Source of the DNA: Guillardia theta CCMP2712
Lineage: Eukaryota; Protista; Cryptophyta
Reading direction: 5' to 3'
Assembly: GCF_000315625.1 (NCBI RefSeq)
Contig: NW_005434597.1
Coordinates: 126,382 to 190,381, forward strand
DNA: 64,000 nt
A model generated the notes under the pieces. It ran no database searches. It saw nothing but the letters and a program-made list of their open reading frames with translations, and was not told where the DNA came from. Position 1 is the stretch's first letter. Every line of letters begins with the position of its first letter. Of the stretch, positions 39,901 to 50,367 are shown piece by piece. The translations under genes and the position numbers were made by a program.

Positions 39901-42900
39901 TCATCATCGGAGTTTTCCTTTCTTGTCAAACCTCATAGCTACATCGAACAACTCGTGCCAAGCACGTCAGTCTCGTACACTTGGACTAAAGTGAGTGTTT
40001 TTGCTGAGAACTTTCCATGGGGCACGCTTCAACTTGATTCCTTGATGGCTCGTGTTGGCGATGGGTTCGTGTATGTCGAGAGTGCCTTGAACATGTCTGA
40101 GAGTAAGGCCCTCTTTCAAATCTCGACGCCTCCTCGTCCCTGCACATTTGAGCTTTGCAAGAGTACTTTGAGTATTGTATCCAGGGATCAGCCTGAGATC
40201 TCAATAATTTCTTCTTATCATTACTATGAAAGCTCCATACCAATAATAGTTGAAATTTCACCCAAGCGCTTGTATTCATCAATGTCCGGAGTTCCAATCT
40301 TCGTTACTCTCAGGAATTTTCATTACACAAGCAATATTGCAGAGCTCAAAGTTTGGTCTCTTCACAACCTATTCACTCTATCAGAAATTTTCTACTCTGA
40401 TCCCTACACAACCACTTTGAGGCTCAATTTCTCGTTGGGTAACAATACCATCCAGAGAGAAGAATTGTTCATCCTGCACAAACTATTCTCTGGTATGTTT
40501 GTTTCAGCTTTGATCGACATCTATATTCCTTTGCCCACCATTCTTTCTGTCTATCCAAAAGAGATCTGGAAAGACCAGGAAACTACCGTTGTTCTCATGG
40601 TAGAGAACTATCCATACTCCACATCATTCATGTTGAGAAATTTTGTATATGAACGCGTGCGGTCGCCAATCCAACCAAGAATATCACTAGGAAGTGTCGT
40701 GATATCAAAGTATGACATTTACGAGATCAGTCAAGGATTCAATAACACTGTCCAACTTTCCTTCACGGTGTTGTTTTCCGCACTGGGACCAAACACCATT
40801 CAGATCTCCCACTTTCAAAACCCTTTTGAGAGCATAACTTCGTTTGATGTGTTCGTGAAAGATTCGAGTGAAGTCTTGTTTAAAAGCTCGGAAGCGTTTA
40901 CAGTTTTGAGCTGTTGCTCAAAGCTACTCTTGGATGTTGTCAATGCAGTCCATGCTGCTTCATCTACAGCAATTTTGAACAACAATTATGTTCCATTGTC
41001 AACGTTAAAAAATTATGGAGAATATTCCACAATTCAACTTGACCTTCCGACAGTGCCAAATGCAGGGATTCACGTGTTGACAATCCTGTCATTCCCACAG
41101 ATAACACAGGCATCGCTTATCGCAAGGGAGATTCCTTTGATCTACATCCAGGGGTGCGACTTGCACTCCTTCTGCACATCTTGGGATATGGTAGTAGGAT
41201 TGAATGTCAAGACGCTAATTGAACCTTTGTCTAATTGTGATATCCAATATTGCGATGTTCCTTCAAAGATTCCTGAGCTCAGGATTCTGAGTGTTGAGAA
41301 AAGCTATGGTGTAGTGCAAGAAGCGTTTTACAACAAGATTGTGGTTGAGAACCTGATTTACATCACTAAAGCAGATGTGTGGGTGAGATGTAATGAGTTG
41401 AATATACCCATCGTTCAGGTCTCAGAATTGCTGGATCAGCGGACTTCTGTGATCTTGCAATATCCTCCTTATCCAGCTAGTCAGACACTCGAATGTTTCA
41501 TTTCTTCCCAGATTGACATTGAGAGGTCTGCGTCATTCTCTGTCAACCTTCTTTCGATTTCAGATTTGAACAAGATTACGCTATTACCGTCGCCATGCAT
41601 TGCAAATGCCCTCACAACCTTTACAGTCTACATCGAACACTGGATCTCGTTTGTTCCAGACAGAAAGATTGTCGTGAGTGAGATAAACCATACGCAAGTC
41701 ATAGAAGCATGGTATGATTATGGTACTCTGATAAAACTTCAGTTTGAGTGGTACTGCAGCAATTCCACAATCAATATCTCCCAGAATGGCTCGCATGAAC
41801 AATTATCCGTCAATCTGCAGGCAATTAAACCATATGTGGTTTCGATCTTTCCTAGTGTCGGGCCGGCTGTTACGGAGACAGTTGTTTACCTGACATTGGC
41901 ATTTCAGAGCGCTTGGATGCCAGCCGTCCATCTCAATAGTTCTTATAATCAAAGCTTCACAAATCTGACTGCGATCTCTACAGCTCAAAATGGAATTTTT
42001 CTCCAAGTAAGCTTCAAGATGCCGAAGATTGTTCTTGCTGATGGTTTGTTGTCTGACTCATGGAGAATATTCCTTGAATTCAAACAGGAGAATGAAATCT
42101 TCGAGACTCAATTCCTCGTGCAAGACATCAATAAGATACCGATCTTTCAAACCATGTCCGATCCCAGTGGAAAAGAGGAGATTCTTTTGTACATGAATGG
42201 ACCTCGTGACCTTGTAGAAAAGTATTTGGTGTATGTAGTTGGAAATCAAAATGAGTCAATCTTAGAATTCATACCTATGGGCTCTCAGTATTTCTTCCGT
42301 CTTCCAGTTGTCAATTACACCCATTTGAATGACCCGGTACCTGTTCAAATTTATGACAGTGCTCAAGCGCTGAACTTAGCTTACTTTGTGTATAAACCAA
42401 GGTTTGCCAGTCTGTTGAGTGTCATTCCAAGCTCTGTGATCATCAATAGAGTTGTCACGGTTACGTTGAACGTCAGCAGTCTTTTCTACGTCTCGAATCG
42501 TACGGGCACATTGAGGATACTTGTCGGCAATGAAATGGCTCCGGATTGGAAGGTCATCACCTCCGATCATTATTACACCACTCTCAATGTAAGCGTCCCT
42601 CCTCTGTCGAATGTTGCCTCAACCTCGGTCACCGTTGAAGATTTATTGACGCGACAGTCGTGGTCTACGGAATTCTTAGTAATGGCTGCACCCAAAGTAG
42701 TAGAAGTTATTCCGTCTAGAGGTCCAGAATCTGGGTTTCAAGTGACGGTGACTGGACAGTACTTTCCCGAAGTCTACGACACTCGAAACGTACAGATACA
42801 ATGTTCCAACAAGCAAGGGAGAGTGGAAAAGGTCTTTTGGTCCACCATCTGGTTCACAGCCATATTGGACACTCCCTTGTTGACAGGAAACACCCGAACG

Positions 42901-45900
42901 AGTTGCAGTTTGTTGCTTCATGGTGGTGTGATCGATCGTTTCAACCTAAGCATATACCAGAACCCCACCGAGCTGTTGAGATCTGATCAAACCGTAGCGA
43001 TCAATAATACGCTTAGAATTGACCTTGATGTTCAGAACGCTCCAGAGAGCTCAGCAAATGCCATACTTCAATTGCAAGTATTGAACTCTCAAATGCAGTT
43101 GTTGGGTGGCGCAAAGATTCTATCATATGTTGCTGAAAGCCTGGCGATAGAGCTTCCTCCATTAGACTCCGGGCACTACATTTTGTATTCAAGGCAGCTT
43201 AACGCAAGGAATTTACTTCCCTTCGTCGTTCCAGACCCGTCATCTCCATCCATTACAAGAGTGAATCAAGATGTCGGCTACTCCTTCATTCTGACCCTGA
43301 ATGGAGCTCCTATTTCAAATGAGTACATTGTGAAGTGGTCGAATGTGTATGGCACTGTATTAGAAGCAAAACAAGTGAATACTCAAACAAGTTTACATTT
43401 ATACTTTCCTGCCAGACCTTCCCTTGATATTTCTGGAAGTGTATTCGAAGTGTGTTCGAGGCTACAACCAAAATTCCATTACATCATTGGCTATGTTTGG
43501 AATAATTGTTTTACCAAACAAGCTGTTCTAGATGCCCATTTCACAACCATTCATCTTGAAATCTCAGAGGAATGCAAATACGTGGGGTTATCTTCTGATT
43601 GCCTCACCCTGTTCGACTTGGATTCGCAGATTAGCTTCGGCTCTGGAAGTAAATGTCTCATGGATAATGCTCATACCTTGACAGTCTACCTCGGCTTGGA
43701 TTCTTCCATTTTGCCTGGACACAAGGGAAAGCTGTTCGAATATTTGCCACCTATTGCAGACCTGGATGTTGTACAAGTTCCTATTGACTTCGTGGTGACC
43801 ACAGAAGGTGTTGTCCTGCCGCCTGTTGGAGAGTTGTGGGGTTCTACTGTCATAGGACCGAATGACATGGCATCCATTGGTTTTGTCGGCCCTTCAATGC
43901 GCATTCTTCAGTATGAATGGAGGTTCATACCATCATTCAACACTAGTAGTAGCTCACTGCAAGCAACGTTCAACACTTTAATTGGAATTCATGAGTCGAC
44001 GCTATCAGTGCCAGCATTTCTCCTTGGATCAGCATTAGAATACATCTTTGAGTTACGAGTGACAAACTTTCATAACAGAAGCAGTTTGTTCCGACATTCT
44101 TTGCGTGTCGTTCCGCTGTTTTTTCCAAGTTTAATTTTGCAGTATCCTTCAATAGCTCAAAATTCAACGAAAGTTGATGTGATCGCAAAGTCATCATGTC
44201 AGGGATATAGCTGTATCTTACAGACCCAGAAGTTGAACTCAATGTCGTTTGTTGTGGAGGAACTTCTGTACCCAATGCACAAGAAATTCTTCTACTCCAA
44301 TGAAACACTGACATTTCCTTCAGACGGTTCAATTGCCAATGAGTACAGGATCAAACAAGGAGGGCTGTTCACAATTGATTGGTCTCATTTCGGTTCTATC
44401 GATCTCAAACAAGAGGGTGCAAGTGTGCTGCCTCGGAACTTTGTTAGAAATGGGTATCCGGTGCTAGTCGATGGCAATGGTACTCTGATTCGACTGGAGC
44501 TTTGGTATAAATTTGATCTTGCAACTGGCATGGTCAATGACTCCAGTGGAAATGATTTCAATGCATCGCTTAGTTACGGCATGAAATATTCAACTCAAGG
44601 AATCAAAGGAACGAATTCTGCCATCTTCCAGACTTCGTTGGATTCGTCTTTGCAAATTTCGATTGACTTGGATCTTCAGCAAAATGTGGGTTACTCCATT
44701 GCTGTTTGGATCATGTTCACAGTAAAGTCTGGGAGAAACAGTGTAGCAATCAACTTCGGGAATGAAGCTGGGACTAGCAGGTTCATCATTGGCAGGTATG
44801 AAGACTCTCAGTACCTCATCTTCGGGCTGTTCTCGGGAAACCGATCCGTGCTGAACCTTACTTCCTTTCCGGGGATAGATGACCAGTGGCATCACTACGT
44901 TTTGTCCCTTCTCCCCGGAGCAGAACCCTCAGGAAACAACTCCGTGACATTATGGATAGATGGGAACGAATATTTCACCTCTCGGACGGTCCCCGAATAT
45001 GTCAACTTACTTTCAGGTTCCCCAAGGACGTGGTTCCTAGGCAAGCCTGCACGGTGGACTGACATGTCGTTTGACGGACAAATGGACGACTTGCGTTTGT
45101 ATAGGCAGCCATTGACCAACTCGCAAGTGAATATACTCTTCTACGGGAACTTGTATCATCTCCGCTACTTCTACACAAACCAATCAAACATTGTTGTCAG
45201 CAATATTGGAATCTCTCGCCTTCCTGGTTCCACTGTAGATCAAGAATCATTCCTTGCTTCACTTTCGTCTTCAATCGCTACATCTAGGATAGAGTTCAAC
45301 TCCACTAGCTCACAATTCGCAGTGAACAGCTCAAGAATTGCCACGAATCTCAGCTACAGTGCTGAAAGTTATGACTTTCAAGTAGGAATAAGCCGAGCAT
45401 ACTCGCCCTTGTCCTTTCAGCTACCGGGAAAGATCCGAGTACTGCCAGCAGATGCCCATGCAATCATCCGTGTTGACAAGCCATTGGCTACATCAAAGCA
45501 TATCATCTTGAACGGCTCACTTTCATATGATTCTCAAACGGGTCCGAGCTCTGTTGATTACAATCTCGAATGGAAATGCTTTGAACAATTCTCAAAGTGT
45601 CTATTCATGAACGCTCCTTATTCTGGAGCAGTTTTGAACATATCAACGTTGGCTTTACAACCTAATACACGATATGAATTCGAGTTGCGCGTCAGTACTT
45701 CTGATGGCAGAGAATCAAGTTGCTTCGTCGAAATTCTTGCTGACAGCAATCGCGGTTTGCAATTCTTCACGATCAGCCGAGTGAATTTGAGTGAAGTGTG
45801 GGATCGATTCGAAGGCAACGTGAGCATCATTCTTGTCGACTCTCAACATCCCGTGCTGAGCCTCAAGGAAGTAGGATACTTCCCTCCTCTACACGAGATG

Positions 45901-48084
45901 GCCAACTTGATCTCCTTTTCATCATTGCAGGCCAACATCGCTTCATTCAAGCTGCCTTTCATCGACGGATATCAAATACAGGTGAAACCTATGAGGTATC
46001 GACTTCCCGGACTCCTTACTTCTCTACTTTTCCTTGATAAATCTCTTACTCAATTGCGACGAGGTGTGTGCAACATTTATGAGGATTCATTCTATATTTC
46101 AAACCTCACCGTCCCTGTTTCTGGCATTGCTGTCGAATGCTCTTCTTTCTATTCCCGAGACGTGCCTTTGACCTACAAGTTTGCCGCTGATCTGAATGGA
46201 AAGCAAATGAGCTTCTTGCGCACCTTCGAACCCACTTTGGTGTGGTACATCTTTCCTTCAGGAAATCTGCAAATGACTGTCACTGTACAAGATTCCAAGG
46301 GTGCAATCCAGCAAGTGAAAACAAACCGTGTAGCAATCAATGGCTCAAGAACTTTGATAGACATCTCTAGCTACTCAAGCACATTCATTATGGACTTTTG
46401 GCTGGTCTCACAGGATTATCAATCTACATTACAATACATCTTTGTCGCATGCATTCAAGGGTTGAACTCTGATTCTCTAACAGTCGTGTTACAGTCTTTG
46501 AAAGGAATTGCTGGCGTCCTCATTCAGTCCAATTCCTTTGATCTTGCAGTGTTGGAAGCACTGAATCTTGTTATTGAAACTCAACAAGCATTTGGGATGA
46601 TTCACTACCAACTTCTTTTAGACTTGTTAAAGGGAATTTCATATTCTTCTGTGTTGGGCGGTGTTATCACGTTTCAAAATGCTGAGTTGGTGGGAAACAT
46701 CAGTTCTCAACTTGTTCGACTTAGTCAAAAATCTGCTCAGAATCCTGACATTCAGAAATATATTTTGAATGCTGCCATTTTGTTCTTGCAAACTTGCTTC
46801 TCCGTGTTAAATTACAGTGATTTAGTCATGAGTCCATTGTGTAGTTACAGCCCCACAGTCACGACTTGTGTGAGGAATTTGTTTTTTCAAAGCGATTCAG
46901 TGATAGACATTGCGCAAGACCAAAAAGCCTCCATCACGCTGACACAGGAGGTGAACGCGTTCCTGGTCTTCAATTACTTGCCCAACACACAAGGCATGCC
47001 AGGATCCATCGTGTCAGGGTTGCTTACGTTGTCTCTCGTTGACGACAAGGTTACAGGCGCCTGCTCCACCTCTCCTTGTTACTTCGAGCTTGAACTACCA
47101 GCCGATGTCTCGCACCTCCCGCCCTCTATGCAGGATCAGTTCTTTGCTGGTACAGGAGCTGTCTGCGGCACTTGGAACAAGGCAACGGGAGGTGCTTCTT
47201 CCAGCAACTGCAATCTCATCTCAACGACGAGAAGTTTGAACATGTGGGGTGAAAGCACGGGCTACGGTACAGTCAAGTGCATGTGCCGCCTCCAGGATGG
47301 AACATTTGCTGCTATCATAAACGCCTCGCATACTAAATTTGTTGCTCCGTCGCCCATATCCAACGATGTCTACATGTTGCATTCGGGCAGCAATCTTGCT
47401 GTCGACTTGTTCGTTCAGTCCGTGGGGATTCCAATCATTCACGTGATGGACAACATGGCGCAGGTTGCAATCTCTCCCGAGAAATCCGTCGTTGTGAAAG
47501 ACTGTGGGTGCTCGTTGTATCAATTCAGGTACACAAACTTTCAGTTAAAGACTCAGAATTTTTCTCTAGCCTTCTACCTGATCGATGGCAATGCCACCAG
47601 GGAAACCATCTCGCTCTTCGTGCAAGTTCTCTTCTGCCAGGATGTACTTCTCCCCGGGCAGAACGTGATCGACTTGGCGCAGAGACACCACTTAGATTGG
47701 CAAGCTCTTCTTACCCTCAACTCTGAGATCCTGAACCCCAAAGAGATTTATTTACAGCCACCACGAAGGCTGTGGACCTGCTCAGAAACTTTGCAAGACT
47801 GGGGCCACTGTAAGCTCGAAGGGCTCACGGGGTTTGCCATCTTGCGCATAGGAAAGATCCACCGCATCCATGCTGAGAGACTGCTAGGAGTCATTCACAG
47901 CTACCGAGCCTCGTTCACACAAATTGTGAAGAATAACGTTGGTCGTCTTGGCATCAGTAAGAACATCACAGACTTCTCATCGTATGAATCAATGGTTTTG
48001 AATTCAACAATTGCCAACAACATAGCACCTGAAGGTGAAGAAGTTTGTATCGTCTCTGACTTATCAGATGTTTGTTACGTTTAG
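12969..48084 (+). CDS. Giant (~11,670 aa) secreted multidomain adhesin/polycystin-ectodomain-like protein; 3 exons: 12969-15960, 16015-29922, 29966-48084
   Basis: Intron 1, 15961-16014 (GTGATG...TTGCAG, 54 nt), removes the ORF1 stop and keeps the frame. Intron 2, 29923-29965 (GTCCCT...CACTAAC...TTGCAG, 43 nt), shifts exactly into the ORF3 frame. Exon sum 2992+13908+18119=35019 nt = 11,672 aa plus stop. Signal-peptide-like MLLLYILASLLLFHAQPA from the ATG at 12999. Domains recognised by motif. Confidence 0.85.
13230..14340 (+). other. N-terminal head of the giant protein: F5/8/fucolectin-like galactose-binding domain, Cys-rich ephrin-receptor-like (GCC2/GCC3) repeat and a ConA-like lectin domain
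   Basis: HLGVDLG...IQV...QVFVGD...C...CNLKGRYI...EIAELRVFG; CSKCPSGYTT..GA..LSDC; PRSFTICAVTRYAG...LGHY...DWLVIC...SDFSFSQVYIW. Confidence 0.6.
14560..15365 (+). other. Glycine-rich domain (VxVxGGGGGG...VGxGGxGG...GGSGxVxx type) within the giant protein
   Basis: VVVLGGGGGGAAFGGGGGGG, VTVGRGGGGG, SSSFDSFVAEGGGGG, GGSGGGG, WIAGGGGGG, GTGGGGGGG and GGSGAVVL. This pattern is typical of phage tail-fibre and giant-virus proteins. Confidence 0.7.
31185..36760 (+). other. Fibronectin type III repeats with an embedded EPTP/EAR-like beta-propeller (~32690-33800)
   Basis: FN3 signatures LPPIPQNL...LSW, YSLQLRGVNLLGQGPLS, PSGVRNLEV, YHFRIFSQNPSGTS, LELSWLPP, LLPGQTYFFTISASNFLGYG and FAYNEVGRS. EPTP-like FLIV..SVVFSWD..RFILHQTL, SAVYKLNGTEF and SEIFIWN..QFSPL. 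Confidence 0.65.
37120..43300 (+). other. Tandem IPT/TIG-like Ig-fold repeats
   Basis: Repeat starts ISSIHPSEG, VRRIEPSSV, LKQVLPSIGPASGGYHV, VIAIEPSEG, IVEISPKRL, ILSVYPKEI, VVSIFPSVGP, LLSVIPSSV and VVEVIPSRGPESGFQVTVTG. Confidence 0.65.
43820..48084 (+). other. REJ/PKD-like region with an inserted LamG/ConA domain (~44490-45150), a degenerate GPS (~47160-47315) and two LysM-like modules (~47630-48080)
   Basis: IILNGSLSYD...EWKC, LQPNTRYEFELRV, PLTYKF and VTVQDSKGA. LamG: LWYKFD..NDSSGN..YSIAVW..QWHHYV..LWIDG..FDGQMDDLRLYRQPL. GPS: CGTWN...SSSNC...KCMC...TFA. LysM-like: LLPGQNVIDLAQRHHLDWQALLTLNSEILNP. Confidence 0.6.
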
Positions 48085-48151
48085 CTTTGGATAAAAGTTG
48101 TTGTTTCGGTGTTCGTGAATAAAAGCTAAATCAACCCAAGTCGTCAGCAGG

Positions 48152-48209
48152 TGCTACTCTGTCGCTTAATCATACTTTCATGCTACTCTGTCGCTTAATC
48201 ATACTTTCA
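48152..48209 (+). repeat. Perfect 29-bp tandem duplication in the 3' flank of the giant gene
   Basis: tgctactctgtcgcttaatcatactttca at 48152-48180 and 48181-48209. Confidence 0.95.
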
Positions 48210-48427
48210 ATATCAAACAAGTGATCTAATTCATAATCATCCGAATAGAGCATTGGTAGTCTACACGTTTAGAGATACACTGTTGTAAATGACAAAGTTT
48301 AAGTTAATACTTGACACCCAAACTACAACTGCGCACAACTTCCTTGTCTACAAATCTAAATCCATGAGAAATCTTCACGTTGACCGCACTTCTTGCAACT
48401 CCTCGAAGCAAGACTGATCGCATTCAT

Positions 48428-49687
48428 CTATTGAGCTCCCTTCCTACGCTTCACATTAGCTTCTGCAGTCTCCACTGAGCGCTCTTCAGGCGCCCGAGCT
48501 TCGGAGGGAGGAGGAGCAGGTGTAGCCTCAGTGGAAGATGCGGCTTGCTCAGGTTTGACTGAGGAGGGAGGAGGAGGGGCTGTCTTGTCATCTGCAGAAC
48601 TTTGTCCGGGTCGAGTGCCTTCTACTTTGCCCTCTCGATTGGACGACTGACCAGCAGCTGAAACTTGAGGTTCTGCGGTAGATGAAGGATCCGACCGGAC
48701 TGGTTCTGAAGAAGGGCCAGGAGCAGTGACAGTGGCCGACGTAAGAGTAGACTCTGATGCTTCTGCCACACTGGCAGCACTGGCACCTTCAGCTGCTGTC
48801 GAAGAACCACACTCCTTGCATGCTGTGCGCACCTTCCCATGCTGACAGATACTGGAGCCTCCACAATCTTTGCAACGGTTTCGTTCCTTCCCATGCTGGC
48901 AGATGCTGTTGCCTCCGCACTCCTTGCATCTTGAACGAATCCGACGATGTGGACAGATGCTGGAACCTCCACACTCCTTGCACCTTGCACGCTCCCTTCC
49001 ATGATTACACAAGCTTGAGCCACCGCACTCCTTACACAGCGAACGTCTTTTGTTGTGCTTGCAGATACTTGATCCGCCACAGTCTTTACAAGAAGCTCGC
49101 TGTCTGTTATGCTGGCATATGCTCGTGCCCCCACATTCCTTGCATAGCGAGCGTCGCTTTGAGTGTTTGCAAATGCTGGACCCTCCACAGATCTTGCATT
49201 GAGAGCGCCTTCTATTGTGTTCGCAAAGACTGGAACCTCCACATTCTCTACACCTTGAGCGTCGTTTACCATGCGTACATATGCTTGATCCTCCGCAATC
49301 TTTGCAACGTGCACGAATCCTCCCGTGTTCACAGACAGACAGCTGTTTCTTCCGCGGCTTTCCTTTGCCGTCCACATCCATCTCAGAAGATCCCTCTTGG
49401 TTTCCTTGCACACTCTTGGCATTTGGGGATGCTATCGTAAGGATGTCCGCCACAGTATCGGGTACCTGATCCTCTTTTACGTTCATGGCGGCAGCGGCGG
49501 GAGTGGCGGCGGTGCTGGGAGGAGCATTAGCCCCCTGCGAAGCAGCTGACGGCAAAGTTGTCTGCAAAGCAGGTGCGGAGCAATCAACCGTCTTGGGAGG
49601 GTCTGTCTGAACCTTGTTGTCCATCTCCACCTGCATAGCGCTTTGCCCAGCGAGTATGGAAGTGCAAAGTCCTAGAAAGCCCTTCAC
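48428..49687 (-). CDS. Zinc-finger-like protein with ten 18-aa CxHx6CxxCGG repeats; probably has an upstream exon
   Basis: CEHGRIRARCKDCGGSSI-type unit x10 (48803-49333), basic NLS-like KPRKK and C-terminal KRRK. Possible splice acceptor near 49632. Confidence 0.85.
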   Translation of the reverse strand: MKGFLGLCTSILAGQSAMQVEMDNKVQTDPPKTVDCSAPALQTTLPSAASQGANAPPSTAATPAAAAMNVKEDQVPDTVADILTIASPNAKSVQGNQEGSSEMDVDGKGKPRKKQLSVCEHGRIRARCKDCGGSSICTHGKRRSRCRECGGSSLCEHNRRRSQCKICGGSSICKHSKRRSLCKECGGTSICQHNRQRASCKDCGGSSICKHNKRRSLCKECGGSSLCNHGRERARCKECGGSSICPHRRIRSRCKECGGNSICQHGKERNRCKDCGGSSICQHGKVRTACKECGSSTAAEGASAASVAEASESTLTSATVTAPGPSSEPVRSDPSSTAEPQVSAAGQSSNREGKVEGTRPGQSSADDKTAPPPPSSVKPEQAASSTEATPAPPPSEARAPEERSVETAEANVKRRKGAQ

Positions 49688-49721
49688 ACCAACCCTTGTT
49701 GTTTATGTGATTGAATACCGT

Positions 49722-49825
49722 CCTCTCGCTCCTCGCTCCTCGCTCTCGCTCCTCGCTCCTCGCTCCTCGTTCTCTTACTTATATCCTCCTCTCTTCCTAC
49801 TTCCTCCTCCTCCTCCTCCTCCTCT
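49722..49825. repeat. (CTCGCTC)n and (CCT)n simple repeats
   Basis: ctcgctcctcgctcctcgct... followed by cctcctcct. Confidence 0.75.
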
Positions 49826-50367
49826 GCCTCTCTCCGTCTAGTCTGCTGCCCTGCCTGGTCTACCCGGTCCTCGGCGACGTATGCTTCCTCTCCGCCAAGG
49901 TAGAACGATTGCCCGTTATAAATTCACCCACCAGATTCAGCGTTTTCATAAATCAGTATAAACCAGGGGTACATGAATACATTATATTATACGCATGTTT
50001 CTGTCACAGTTACTTACTAAATACTTAACTATAGCTTTAGAAATGCTAATTTGTTTATTAATTTTCAAATTTTAGTATTCTATTTTCTATTTCATGTTTC
50101 ATTTTGAACCATGCTGCCAAATTCTCAATTTTTCTTTTTTGGATCTCTTGTCGCGGTGTTCGCTTGGCAACCAGACGGAGGGGTCGGTATGAGGGTCTAG
50201 GTGGTTTTAGGATCTTTATTGGACAGCTCCTAGGATGCTGTATGTGTCTATGGCTGGGTCCTAGGATAGGTCTAGGAAAGTACCATGGAAGGAGCTGGTC
50301 CCTTGCAATACGTTACATCTACGTTACATATCTGTTGCATCCGGCGGCGGGTCGCCCGGCCGCGCGC

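Noticed and set aside
48152-48209. CRISPR-like repeat
   Set aside because: Two adjacent 29-bp copies with no spacer, in a eukaryotic context; a simple tandem duplication.
48622-49440. Overlapping alternative-frame and antisense ORFs (266 aa and 227 aa) on the zinc-finger gene
   Set aside because: Shadow ORFs created by the 54-bp periodic repeat; no independent coding signal.
12590-50160. Intact endogenous giant virus, Polinton or virophage
   Set aside because: No capsid, packaging ATPase, polymerase, integrase or terminal repeats were recognised; only virus-like accessory domains are present.
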